The notes beneath the pieces were generated by a model that did no database searches, was not told the origin of the DNA, and was given only the letters and a program-made list of their open reading frames with translations. Shown here one piece after another: positions 13,777 to 26,586 of a stretch of 64,000 bases of DNA. Origin of the DNA: Eledone cirrhosa. Lineage: Eukaryota. How positions within the stretch are numbered: position 1 is the first letter of the stretch; every line of letters begins with the position of its first letter. Both the position numbers and the translations under genes were made by a program. The stretch lies in contig OZ024756.1 of NCBI GenBank assembly GCA_964016885.1, positions 34,410,001 to 34,474,000 of the forward strand, given 5' to 3'.

Positions 13777-16439
13777 GTATATATAAATATATTTGTATAT
13801 AAATATATATATGTGTATGTGTGTATACAAATATAGATTTCTTTGTGTATATATATATACATATGTGTGTGTGTGTATTTAAACATATAGATTTATATAT
13901 ATATATATACATATATATACACACAGTATATATACATCTCTAGATATAAGAAGTCGGTAAACAGGAAGTGTTATTCCTGTGTTTGTCTTTCATGTCCACA
14001 CCTCAGATGATCTCTCCCACAACCAACCACTTCCGACATAAACCAAATAAATATTGCTGATTATTCACATGTAAAGCACTTGGCACCATTAACCAAATGG
14101 CTTGCTATTAATCATTATCACATCATCATCATCATCTTTATTAACATCATTATCATTATTATTATTATTATTAATAGTGTATCCACATCAAAACAATTAT
14201 GATAGTCTTTGTTAATTATATAGAAAATTTTTTTCCTAATTTGGAAAATAATATCACTTGTTTATTCTGCTACTTAAACTCAAGAATATATAAATACATA
14301 TATATATATATCATCACCGTTTAATGTCCATATATATATACATACACACACACACACTTACACTATGAAGGCCCATGCCTTAGTGGTTAGGGTGTTCAGC
14401 TCATGATCATAAGGTTGTAAGTTCAATTCCTGGTGGTGCGTTGCGTCCTTGAGCAAGACTCTGTATTTCATGTTGCTGGCAAAAATGAGTTGCACCTGTT
14501 ATTCAAACATCCAGTCTTGTCGTGCACTCACACACACACAGACACAGAGGGTACTTTTTGTTGTGGTACCAGCTCGACCACCTTAGAAGGTGAACAGGGT
14601 GTTTTTTGTTGTGTCACCAGCATGACCACCTTACAGGGTGAACAGGGTGCTTTTTGTTGTGTCACCAACACAACCACCTTATAAATATAAGCCAAGGATT
14701 GAACTGATGATCAGCAGGTAGACTAGTGTGTAGTTTAACACTTGACCAACTGTTAGATGAAGACATTAAAAGCTATAAATTAGCTTATAATAACTGCTAC
14801 CTTCATCATCAGCCCTCCATTAACCTAAAAACTACATGTTTAAGGGCTCAAGTGCCAGATATATAATGGACCATGGAGGCAATGTTACACCTGAACCTGA
14901 ACCAGGGCCCTTAAAAAGTGGGGCTTCGCAATTTTTTTCACTGCTTAGCTCCTCAAAAAGTCTTAATCTGACCTTGTTCAGTACCATAACATTAACACTG
15001 CTATTGCTACTAATGTTGTTTTTGATGATGATGATGATGATGATGATACTGTTGTTGGTATTGTTGATGTTGTTATTGTTATTGTTGTTTCTCTATTTTC
15101 TCAATTATTTCAGGTTTGTTGCCAGTATCTCTCATGTTACCTGGGCGGAGTTTCCTTTTGATAACCTTTTGTCATCTTATGATGTTGTTGTTATTGTTGT
15201 TACTGTATCTGTTGTTATTGTTGTTGCAGTAGCTATTATTATTGTTGTAGCAATTGTTACTGTTATTGTTGCTGTAGTTATTGTTATTGTTGTTGATGCT
15301 ATTATTATTATTGTTGTTGTTGTAGCAATTGTTATTGTTGCTGTAGTTATTATTGTTGTTGTTATTTTAGTTACTGTTGATGTTGTTGTTATTAATGTTG
15401 TTTGTACTAAATGTTGTACAGGCAGACTGTTATTTCCCATCTATCAAGGTACCAGGGTACAGAACTGATCATAGGGGATGAGATCATGAAGTTTTGATAT
15501 AGCGCACCCAGCCAGCCTGCCATCTACCCAAGATGTAGTACCCCTTCACTCATACACACATCCACCCAATCCTACTGCCAGCCATCTACACAGCCACCCA
15601 GCCTCACATCCAACCAGCCATCTACCCAAGATGTAGTACCCCTTCACTCATACACACATCCACCCAATCCTACTGCCAGCCATCTACACAGCCACCCAGC
15701 TACACATCTACTCAGCCTCACATCCACCCAGCCATCTACCCAAGATGTAGTACCCCTTCACTCATACACACATCTCCCCAGTCACACAGCCACCCAGTCT
15801 CACATCTATCCATCCACACATCCACTCAACTACCCATCCACCCAGTCTCAAAGCCACCCATCCATACATCCACTCATCTACACATCCATCCAGCTACCCA
15901 ACCACCCAGCTACCCAACCACCTACCCACTCTTTACTCCAGCTGCTGAACAAATGAATTTATTTATTTACAAAAATAAAATCAGTGAAGAGAATAATTGT
16001 TTTTATTTATATATTTATCTATCTATTATATACCCCCACCCCACCCAGTCCCACCGTACCCTCCACCTTCCAGCCCCCCCAAACCAGGTTTACACCATGG
16101 GAGTGGCTTTGAGGATATTTTAGTCTTACAATCAGGAAATGGTTAGCAAGTATTAACTTGGCTAATATATGAATAGCAGTAGTCAAGTGTTGCTTCCTTC
16201 ACCATCACCATCATCATCATCACTATTATTGTTGCCATCATCATCACTACCATCATAATCACCACCATCATCACGATTATCATCATCATCACTATCATCA
16301 TAAATACTATTATCATTGCCATCATCATCATCATTACCAACATCATCATCACCATCAACATTAATACCATCATGTGTGTGTTTTGTCTGTATATGTATCA
16401 AATGTAAAAGAAATTATTAGTGACAAATATGCATCTTTT

Positions 16440-16507
<68 letters not shown>

Positions 16508-16614
16508 ATATATGCAGTTATTAATAAGATTTAAAATTAATGCAAGCAAGATTTCACACCTGTAGTATTGTTCCTTCATAGTCAGCCTATGAACTTTACA
16601 GCCTACCGTTATGC

Positions 16615-16660
<46 letters not shown>

Positions 16661-17245
16661 ATGATATATAGTCCTTGTTGTTTTGGAAAACATGTTTATT
16701 TGGAAGATTTTCCTTAACCAACAGATTTACATGCTAAACGTGGTGAAGTTGTCAAGAAACAACAAGTTGTAAGTATTTTATTTCTTATTTTGGGTGTATT
16801 TTTTGTCTTTCTTGTTCCCTGGGTCCTGCCAATTGGTTTTGCCCATAAAATCTGTCCAACAATTCTTTCCTGAGATATGTCCATAGTATCGGAGCTGTGA
16901 TCCCTCAATTCAGACAAGTAGCAACTCTACCTGAAGCGACTCTCTGATCTCTGAGCTACGCACTCTATCGAGTAACATTACTCCAAAGACTCTTCGGAGG
17001 AACCCCATTTTAGCCACTTGATTTCTCAGGCATGTTTGAATAAAAAGAAAAAGCTTCCTTTTAGAAATGTCCAATTACTATTCCTTTTCTTTGTGATTTC
17101 TTTTCTAATTTGTTATTGTTGTTTTCAGATGAAGGCTCTGGGTCAGATGGACCTCAATGTCTGTAATCCTGAAGATATTTTACATGAAGCAACACAGCAC
17201 CGCAAAAACAACTTCCTTCGGTCACTGGCCAAACTGTACTTATGA
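970..17245 (+). CDS. INTS8: Integrator complex subunit 8, 5'-partial (about 725 C-terminal aa, 20 exons)
   Basis: join(970-1062,1609-1752,1929-2026,2658-2792,3295-3359,3541-3712,4359-4492,4775-4885,5519-5720,6000-6109,6957-7041,7800-7930,8637-8696,9747-9808,10228-10346,10933-11036,11291-11341,11767-11905,16725-16768,17129-17245). All introns are GT-AG and phases are consistent except for two 1-nt shifts (~2677, ~3613). Peptides [77 protein letters not shown] and [14 protein letters not shown] match the vertebrate INTS8 C-terminus as recalled. Confidence 0.95.
2863..3085 (+). mobile_element. tRNA-derived SINE family A (Meta/MESC-like central domain), near full length
   Basis: A box TGGCAGAATCGG, B box (GA)STTCAAATCC, core GYCTTTCATCYTTACRGGGTYGATAAAATAA..ACCAGT, tail GCTGGCCTTGTGCC. 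Other copies at ~3100-3290, 10434-10622, 21700-21950, 29910-30265 (two), 40795-40915, 44415-44615, 55085-55230, 59930-60115. Confidence 0.85.
3770..4205. repeat. Degenerate ~41-bp minisatellite in an INTS8 intron
   Basis: About 10 iterations of ATACCACCTTAGCATTCAATGTAACTCTCATTAACAGTCAGTT. Confidence 0.85.
5795..5985. repeat. ~49-bp tandem repeat (about 4 copies) ending just before an INTS8 acceptor
   Basis: Repeated TCAAGGCTGAC..AGGGCTAAACAACAGCTATATTAG. Confidence 0.8.
7541..7610 (+). ncRNA. Degenerate type-I hammerhead ribozyme motif inside a 32-bp inverted-repeat element (7455-7660)
   Basis: CTGATGA (7553-7559), stem II GGACGTACTG/CAGTACCTCT, GAAA (7592-7595), then TATGTA. Stem I is imperfect. 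Confidence 0.55.
8130..8490 (+). mobile_element. RTE-clade LINE 3' fragment
   Basis: [25 protein letters not shown]...[12 protein letters not shown] resembles the RTE C-terminus (LRWFGHV.RM...G.R.RGRP). Related copies at ~16815-17010 (-) and ~59075-59210 (+). Confidence 0.75.
8785..9020. mobile_element. TTAA-flanked (piggyBac-like) MITE
   Basis: Ends TTAAC(A/C)CTTT...AAAGGGTTAA. Family copies at ~17912-18240, 32948-33188, 53210-53855 and 59330-59578. A second TTAA family occurs at 52202-52418 and 53356-53754. Confidence 0.7.
14368..14510 (+). mobile_element. tRNA-derived CORE-type SINE (family B)
   Basis: CCTTAGTGGTTAGGGTG...GTTCAATTCC followed by CORE-like GTCCTTGAGCAAGAC. Copies at ~42572-42870, 47450-47770 and 25510-25610 (-). 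Confidence 0.7.
15510..15930. repeat. C/A-rich ~100-bp tandem repeat inside the U12 intron
   Basis: GCCATCTACCCAAGATGTAGTACCCCTTCACTCATACACACATC three times, then degenerate CACCCA units. Confidence 0.85.
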
Positions 17246-18589
17246 AGATGATGGTGATAAAGGCGATGGTTGTGATGACAGTAGGGATAACAACGAGGAT
17301 GATGATGACCGTGATAACAATGGTGACAACAGTGATTGTGATGGTGACCGCCAAACTGTACTTAATAAGGACAATGATGATGATAATGATACATAAGTAG
17401 TGAGGGAATAATGGTGGTGGTGATGATAGCAATAATGATAGTACACAAGTAGAGAGTGAGATGAGAAAGAGATAATGATGGAAGTGCTTGAGAATAGGTG
17501 AGATGGTGGTGGTAAGGGAGAAAGTAGCGATAGTGGGTGTGTGAGAGGGTTGTGTGGAATGAAGGGGGGAGTAGGGATTGTGAGGTGGGGTGGGATCATC
17601 TTCTTAGCCTGGTCCCCAAATTGATGATACTTGAGAAGAAAAATCTTCAAGACTTCTGTGTGACAGCAGGGTTTTGTTGAAATATATTACTGACTTCCTG
17701 CCTGTGATTGATACATGGTGGTGGTGGTCGTACTAACACTATTACTGCTACCACTACCACCACTACTACTATCATCAACACTGCTACTACTACTACTGCC
17801 AACAAAATCACCACCACTACCATTACATCAAGTTATCCATTCGCCAATATTGACGACCTGGACTAAATACTTCCAACAGAATGGATACTCTGCTACCCAG
17901 GTGGGGGTACTTTTAACCCTTTCATTTCTAATGACAAACACTGCTGCCTTTTATTTTCAAATCATTTTGAAAATAATCAAGAATTTGGAGAGATTTAGTA
18001 ATATAACTAGTGGAGAGATGCCATGCTAAGAAGGACCCGTCCAACCCATGCAGGTGTGGGAAAGCGGACGTAAAAACTAATGATGAACTAACTTTTTCAT
18101 TATTAAGCTGGTGTTTGGATCATAGCTTAACAAAGGTTTTTACATAAAATTATGATGGAAGGTGTTTAGATAAGTATAAACAGCTTAGTATTGTAAAACC
18201 AGGGGTGGTTTTAGGCTATTTGGTATTGAAAGAGGTGAATTGAAAAGGTTTATGAGAATTACAGGGAAACATTTCTTTCTGTCTCTCTGTCAATCTATCT
18301 ATCTATCTCTGTCTCTCTTCTCTCACCCACTATTTAATTTTTAACTCATCATCACCATCATCATACATCCATTTTCCATGCTAGCATGGGTTGAACAGGT
18401 TGTCACAGCCCAACACTAGACGGGTCTGAAGTGGGAGGGGATTACTCATATGTTCCATAATTCATGTTTATAATTTTATAAGCCAGTAAAAAACATTATC
18501 AACTTTTCATTACCATTTATTGTTAATTCACATTAAAGAATTGTTTCATCTCAAATGATTTACTCTTTATTTTTTTTAAATTGGTTTCA

Positions 18590-18940
18590 TGCTTTACAAC
18601 GTGGCCATGCTGTAGCATTGCTTTGGTTTCGCACATTGGACTGTGGCCATGCTAGAGCATTGGCCAAGTTTCAGCCATTGGACTGTGACCTTGCTGAAGC
18701 ATTTCCTGGGTTTTACTCATTGGACTGTGGCCATGCTAGGACAATGCCTGAGTTTCATTCATTGGAATCTGGGATATTGTCTGGGTTTCACTCATTGGAC
18801 TGTGGTTATACTGGAGCATTACCTGATTTCAGTCATTGGACTGTGGCCATGCTGGAGCACTACCTGATTTCAGTCATTGGACTGTGGCCATGCTGAACCA
18901 CTGCATGGTTTCACACATTGGACACTGGCCATGCTGGGGC
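18590..18940. repeat. ~40-bp tandem array derived from a SINE 3' tail
   Basis: About 9 units of CATTGGACTGTGGCCATGCTGGAGCATTACCTGATTTCAGT adjoining a minus-strand SINE body at ~18940-19130. Single copies of the unit occur at ~1092 and ~9620. Confidence 0.8.
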
Positions 18941-19240
18941 AGCTCAGGAAGTGAACAACAGTCAATTATATCAACATCAGTAGACCAATATATGACTGGT
19001 ACATTATTTTATCAAGCCTGGAAGAATGGAAAGAACAAATTGAAATTTGGTGGGATTTGAACTCAGAACATAAAAGGATGTAGTTTAATGCTTCAAAATA
19101 TTTTACCTGATGCTCTCATGATTCTACCACCCAAGAGACAAGGGAAGGGAATTGGTGAGAAAGTTGGGTAAGGGGTAGAAAGATACCGGAAAAGTCTGAC
19201 GCCTATCTAAGTTAAACTTGAGGTGTGTATTATTTTTTTG

Positions 19241-19271
<31 letters not shown>

Positions 19272-20072
19272 ATGTATATGTATATTTATTTATAGAGAGA
19301 GGTAGGTAGGTATGTTTGTATGTATACATACAAATGTAATGTAACCAGTGTATGCATTTAGCTAAATATACATATGTATACACACACTCACATACACACA
19401 CATATATTAGTTATTTTGGTTTATCATTGTTGCTTTTTTTTTTCTAACCCTTATTTTGTTTTATATATACACGTGTGTGTATATATATATATATATATAT
19501 GTTTGTATATATATATATGTATGTATATATATATATGTATATATATGTATGTATATATATATATGTATATGTATGTATATATATGTATATATATGTATGT
19601 ATATATATATGTATGTATATATATATGTATGTATGTATATATATATATGTATATATATATGTATATATATATGTATGTATGTATATATATATATGTATAT
19701 ATATATGTATGTATGTATATATATATATGTATATATATATGTATATATATATATATATGTATATATATATGTATATATATATATATATGTATATATATAT
19801 GTATATATATATATATATGTATATATATATGTATATATATATATATTGTGTTCATCAACAACAAAGAAGAATTAAATTGGAACATATGGCAGTACTTCAC
19901 TTAGAAATTTACTGTAACTTAGAACAACAACAACTACAACAATAACAGGATAACAGACACTATTATCATTAACACCAACAATAACAACAACAGAACTATT
20001 ATCACCACTTCCACCATCTCCACCAACAACAGCAAGTAATTGTATGTAGAAATAAGTTGATGGAAAGTAAAA

Positions 20073-20128
<56 letters not shown>

Positions 20129-20461
20129 ATATAAACTAAAACAAACAAAAAAAGCCTAAGGAAAGGAGCTGATCAGATCCGACCAAGCAAACTCTTTCTA
20201 ATGCTATTTCAATTGTAGATTCTTTTGGTTGCAAATCCTGCCAGAAGAAAGGAGCTGATTACCAGATTGGACCAAGAAAACAATGTTTCCTTTAGTCTTT
20301 CCGTTGCATGTGTTGGGTGTTACCAGTTTAGACTAAGAAGACTGTTTTTCATTTTAGTACTTGATACTTAGGAAATGGCAAGAGCTCATCTGTCGAGCAG
20401 AAACTCATTGCAATATATATTTATATTTATTTATTTGCATTGCAGCTGAGGAGCTGAGGCC

Positions 20462-20519
<58 letters not shown>

Positions 20520-20816
20520 GATGATGATGATATACAAATAAGACTACAGTTAAGGAAGAATTGACAAAAAAATGAAATTATGGAAATTTGATTTCTTCCT
20601 AGGCAATGCCAGGTAGAGATCTAGTTATAGTTCGTCAGTGTAGGTATTATATATACGGATATATATATAGGCACATATATACACATACATATATATACAC
20701 ACACACATATATATACATATGTTTACATATATATAATACCTACATTGACGAACTATAATTATATATATAATTAATGTTTATGTATCTACTCATGAATGCA
20801 TTTACTTTTGTGTGTG

Positions 20817-20857
<41 letters not shown>

Positions 20858-23673
20858 GCACAACTTTATTATATTAGAAACAAGATCATAATTTAATTTA
20901 CAAGTTTAAATAATCATAATTGACAGTCCATCCAGTCAGGATGGCCCTGACTGACGCCTTACTGTTTAGGAACAGACCCCTTTTCTCCATAACCTGACCA
21001 CAAATACTACCACCACCATTACAACAACCAACACTACCACCACTGCTACCACTATCACAACTAACACTTCCATCATCAATACCACCACCACAACAACCAC
21101 CAACACCAACGCTACTACCACTGCCACCAACACGACCGCCACAACCAAGGCTATCACCATCACCAACACTACCACCACCAATACCACCAACACCAACACT
21201 ACCACCACCAACAGCAGCAACTCTACCATCACCACCAACAACAACATTACCACCAAGGCAGCAGACAACCTTCTCCAAACACACACACACACTGAGAGAA
21301 GCTTTCACTGTATTATTAACAGTTTGATATGCCAACCACTATATACTTATAGTCTTATATTCAGTCTCTCCTATATTTCTAACATTCTTACAAATAAATA
21401 ACACACACACACACATATATATATCAGTCATTCTGTCTCTTTCTCTCTCTCTCTCTCCATTCTCCCCCTCTCTCCTCTCCTCTATTATTCTTCACCCCTT
21501 CCCCCACTCCACCTCTTCTTTGTCTACTACAAACACTAAATATTATAATTTTGTACAGAAGATTGGTGTGTGATGGCTTTCAATAAGGCCTTTACACACA
21601 TGCACACACACACACACATGATTTAACTGTTTTCCTGTTAATATTGGTTTTCCCCCCTACCCCAACCCCAGATTGGATAATATTAATAATTCTTTCAACA
21701 TTTGGCACAAGGCCAGCAATTTTAAGGGAAGGGCATTGCTGGTTCTTTATTTTATGAAAGACAAAGCTAACCTTGGCAGGATTTGAACTCAGAATGTAAA
21801 GGGCTAACTGTATACCGTGCTAAGTTAGCTTTGCCTTTTATCTTTATGAGGGTTGATAAAATAAGTACCAATAATGCACTGGGATCAATTTAATCAACTT
21901 TCCCCTCCCCAAAAATTGTTAGCCTTGTCCCTAAATCAGAAACCATTATTATAGTAAAAATCAAACCATCACCTGGCTTTGGCAAAGAAAGGGTGGCAAA
22001 TCTTTCTCTGCCTGGGTGGCTATAGTGAAGGAAACTGTATTGTGGACATGGCCAAGCCCTCATCAACTTCTTCAAGTACCACTTGAGAGAGAGGTTGTGG
22101 TGCTGTTGCCTTTTAGTATATTTTATGAAAGACTGGTAAGAGCAAGGCTGAATGGACCTACTCCAACCGTGCTTTTCTAAGCAGGAGGAAAGGACTCATT
22201 CCAACTCTCTATTCTCTGAGTTCAAATCCTGATGAGGTCGACTTTGCCTTTCATCCATTTAAGGTAGATAATAAAAATACTAGTCTTGTGCTGGGGTCAA
22301 TTCTCTCTCTCTCTATCCTTCTCTGGAAGAAAACTGCTGTATTCAGACCTGGAGAGGAGATGGGCTCTGCTAGGTTTTAAAATGTCCTAGAAACACTATA
22401 CGTCAATATGGTGCCCCTATGACTCCCTGAGGAGTTATGGGTCCCTAATATTGTGCACCCTTGAGGCCAATAAAAGAAGTTAAGAAGTTAGTATTATTAT
22501 ATATAATATCTTCTAAAACAATGTGTAATGAATAGCAGGATCGGTTGAGCAACAGATTACATATGTCACTCTTTACATATTTAAGTTTGAATCCTATATT
22601 TTGTCCTTCTAAGAACAGAGTGTACATGTGTGGGTTGGGTGGGTGATAAAATAAAGTACCAGTAATATTGAGGAGGTCAATATTACTGGTACTTTTACTC
22701 CCACCCCTCATGGGTATGGCAGAACTCATTGTTTTTTAATTGTTTTATATATCTACTGTTTTATTTTATTTATTTATTTATTTCAAATATTTAAATTCAT
22801 TCATGAACTGAATTTATATAAAGTTCCAATTTTCATTCAAGCCTCGAAAAACCGCAGAAGAATTCTAGCAGCATGTTTGGTAAGAGGGTGATGAGGCCAT
22901 CACGCCATCACACTGTCACACTTCTCTCTCCCCCCTCTCTCTTTCTCACACTCTCTACACTTCCTCTCCGTCACCCAGCAATAACAATTATGGGTGTGCA
23001 TGGTATTGTAGTTTGTTGTTCAGTGTCATTGGATTTACGTCAGTGGAAACTGAAGTGTTGCCTCATACATCATCATAAAACCACCGTCATTACTAACACC
23101 ACCACCATCAGTAATGGTGGTGGTCTGTTTTTCTTCTTGAAAACCTACAACATAACATCAAACATCACCTATATTACATCTCTTATTTTTAGTTTTTCCT
23201 TCTATAACAACAAAAAATGAACAATTAAATGTATTTGTTTTGCAAGATTTTTTATATCAGGAGGAAACATGGAAACATGATAATCACTGATGATGTCACA
23301 TGTGTGATGAAAGATCTTTGAGAAACTATATTTATATTTTTAACTGTTGGTCAGTCAATGATAATTTATAGAAATATAAAAATATACTGAAGCGAAAACC
23401 AAACCAAACAGTGAGTGTGTTTTATTATTATTTTGACAATATTAGGACAACATGACCCTTCCCAAATAAAACAATATAACTGTTGAATTAATTCCTCTAA
23501 CATTGACTGATTCAAGTCTTTTAGAATAATCTAAGACAATGCAAGCTTTATTTCTTTCTCCTTTCCTGTATCTATATCTATTGAGCATTCTTATTCTAGC
23601 CAAATTTTCTGAGTAAATATTCATTGAAGAGATCTAATAAGATTGAAACATGGCTGTTGCTTTTACTAAGTTG

Positions 23674-24052
23674 GCTTATAGACCAGGTCCACTCTCCCAC
23701 TGTACCTCTTACAAGATATTTGAGCAGCTCAGCTTGGTTAAACTGGGCCTTTTAGTAGAGCCAGCCCTGGGAGTAAGCAAGCTTCAGACCTCAAAGGACT
23801 TGCACTGATCAAGTCCTCACCCTTACTACCGTCATCGAGGTTGGCTATCAATGTGATCTCAAGACAAATGCTGCTCTGGTCGACCTCTTTTCTGCATATG
23901 ATACTGTATGGTGAAGATGTGGCTTCCTTCTGAAGGCCTGTCGTATCATCGAGTGCCAGGCAACTGTGAATATCCTTGCCTCCACACTCAGTAACAGAAG
24001 ATTCAGAGTGTCACTAGGAAGTCAAACAAGTTCAACTTCAACCCTGAATGAT
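23674..24052 (+). mobile_element. Decayed LINE reverse transcriptase fragment (Ingi/Vingi-like)
   Basis: With stops and frameshifts it reads AYRP...YKIFEQL...QASFRPQRTCTDQVLTLTT..IEVGYQCDLKTNAALVDLFSAYDTVW...LSNRRFRV, i.e. the YRPISL, QxGFR and DLxxAYDTV RT motifs. Confidence 0.85.
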
Positions 24053-24977
24053 GTGGTGAAAGAGAGAGCAAGATATATATAGAGAGAGGGAGAGATAGCT
24101 GTAAGCACTGAGAGAGAAACAGTGCTGAGCAATGAGAAAGAGAAAGAGAGAGATGAGCAGTATTTTTTTATACTGTGGGGACAATGTCCCTATCCTTCCT
24201 ATTAGGGTGGACAGAGCAGTTGTAGTGAAAGAAAGAGAGCAAGAGAGAGAGAGAGACAGTGGTGAGCACAGAACAATGTCCCTACCCTTCTCGTTGGTGT
24301 AGACAGGAAGGCTATGGATGGAGGTGAACTTTCAATTGTTCTGTTTGACTTATACAAATATCAACTCAGTGGAAGCGGCTTATCTGGGAATCTCTCCTTA
24401 CTGTTGAGAACCAAATTGACTCACAAGACCGACCTTCTGGCTTTGGTGTGACTTAGCGTACGATACACACACACACTATATATACATATATATACACACA
24501 CACACACACACGGAGAAAGAGAAGAGAGACTATCCCCTAAGATGTGATATGAATCTATATAGTTGTAGGTCAACTGCCTAGATGAACTGATATAGATCAG
24601 TTTCCGGTGAACGCATAATTTTTGTGTATATGCATGTATGTATGTCAGTGTATGTATGCATGAATGGATGTAGGTGTGCATGTATGTATAGATTTACAAA
24701 TGTATATATGACCAAAATTCTCCGGTGTATAGCTACATCCTTCTTTGAAATACCCATGGAATCTGGGAGGTGGGCGTTTTGGTTTTACCATGTTGGTGTG
24801 TCTGCGTCATCTTGAGAGACCAGGAAGGGCCCCAAAAGGTTGTCATACACAATAGTGTGTTAACACTCATCATATATATATATAAATCAGAATGGATGCA
24901 GTAAAAACCAGTTAGACCATTACTCACCAGAGTACTCAATACTTGGGAAAGAAGAGTGGGTAATATGAAAAATTCGG

Positions 24978-25071
24978 GACCCCGGCAGTTGAACTCCTGC
25001 CATTTCAACAGCTAGATCTGAACTGAATCGCTGGTGTTCTGGCGGCAGAAATAGCTGACATCATCAGGGTA
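24978..25071 (-). ncRNA. Degenerate type-I hammerhead ribozyme in a Penelope-like repeat
   Basis: Minus strand: ACC-CTGATGA-T-GTCAGCTA..TAGCTGTT-GAAATGGCAG..CTGCCG-GGGT. The UH cleavage nucleotides are lost. Confidence 0.6.
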
Positions 25072-26033
25072 GATGACACAAAAACAAAGTGCCCAGTCCA
25101 CGCTGTAAAGTGGTTGTGCAACACGACAAAAAACACCCAACACACACTATAAATGTGGTTGGTGTTAGGAAGGGCATCCAGCCATAGAAATCAAGCCAAA
25201 ACCAGTCCTGCATGTGCAAGTCATGGTCATCAAACCTGGCTTGTCTCACAATGGGTCAACTCGCTGGGACATTGGGCATTTTAAACCTGGCAGATCCCAT
25301 CATTCTCCACATCTGAACACAGCTGATTTCTTCCAGGAGAGAGAGGAGAATCAATTCCAGTACTGGTGTATAATTTTATCGACCTCGAAAGAATGAAAAT
25401 CAAAAGTTGAATTCAGAGTGCAGAGAGCTGGAATGAATACCACAGAATTGTAATCATCATCACCGTTTTACGTCCGTTCTTCCACGCTAGCATGGGTTTC
25501 TGCCAATATGAAATGAAGTGACTTGCTCAAGAACACAATTCAACCAGTCTGGGAATTGAACCCATTTCCTAATGATCACAAATAAGCCCACCAGCCTAGC
25601 CACTAGTTTAAACACCTTATTGAGTGTGAACAGTTCAAATGTGGAATTTCTTTGGTTGTCATGAAAAAGAGGTAAAGTTTATAGTGTCAGAGAGAAGAAG
25701 GCCTTATTGGGGAGAGATGGTACCTGATGTATGAAACTGAAAGATAGGGAGTACTGAGAGAGAGGAAGGAAAAAAGAGAGAGAGAAAGGAAGAGAAAGAG
25801 AGGGAAGAAAGATAGAATTGTAAAGAATAAGGGAGGAGGGAGAAGGAGAAAGAAATGAAGACCAGAGGAGGAGAGAAGCAAAAGTAAAGACTAAGTTAGA
25901 CGGGAGGGGGGAGAGAAAATTGTTTTAAATGAGTGGTGGGGTGGGGATTATAAAAAAATATAAGTGTTTTTTTAGTCTGACGCTCTACAGATTTTTTTTT
26001 TGTGCCAACTTACTGAAAAGATTTATATTAAGG

Positions 26034-26076
<43 letters not shown>

Positions 26077-26550
26077 ATGTATATGTATATATAACAAAAA
26101 CAAAGTAAGAAGAACAGCAACAACAATGACAACAACACCAAGTAGAACAAGGTGGAAGTAATTGTGTTGAGGTCTCTATAGAGAAATCATTTGGAAATAT
26201 AAATCTTTGAGGAAGGCACTGGAATGCTGACACACTGTTTAGAAATGTTTGTGTTGCAATGTTTTGAAGAATTTGATAGTGGTTTCATCTCTACTCCATT
26301 CTTCGTCCATCTATCTCTTCTTCTCTATATTTTGTTTATGTATATATTTATATATATATTCTTATATATTTATATATATATGTATGTGTGTGTATATATA
26401 TATATTTATATATATATGTATGTGTGTGTATATATATATATTTATATATATATGTGTGTGTACATTTATATATATATGTATGTGTGTGTATATATATATA
26501 TTTATATATATATATGTATGTGTGTGTACATATATATATTTATATATATA

Positions 26551-26586
<36 letters not shown>

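Larger units (their letters stand above)
11906..16724 (+). other. U12-type (minor spliceosome) GT-AG intron of INTS8
   Basis: 5' splice site GTATCCTTT at 11906. Branch point TTTTCCTTAAC at 16708-16718, immediately before CAACAG, with no polypyrimidine tract. Splicing restores EFLS-H-LHAKRGE. Confidence 0.93.

Noticed and set aside
970-17245. Calling INTS8 a pseudogene
   Set aside because: All 20 exons keep splice sites and conserved residues with no in-frame nonsense substitutions. Both lesions are single-T losses in T runs near a contig end, more consistent with consensus error.
19374-19945. Long YI/CV-rich ORFs (also ~26.2-26.6, 30.6-31.2, 35.6-36.2 and 62.9-63.3 kb)
   Set aside because: Translations of (TA)n/(TG)n microsatellites, which lack stop codons in several frames.
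21970-22440. Possible HDV-like ribozyme / RTE 5' UTR remnants (also ~10070-10130)
   Set aside because: Could not assign the nested double pseudoknot by eye.
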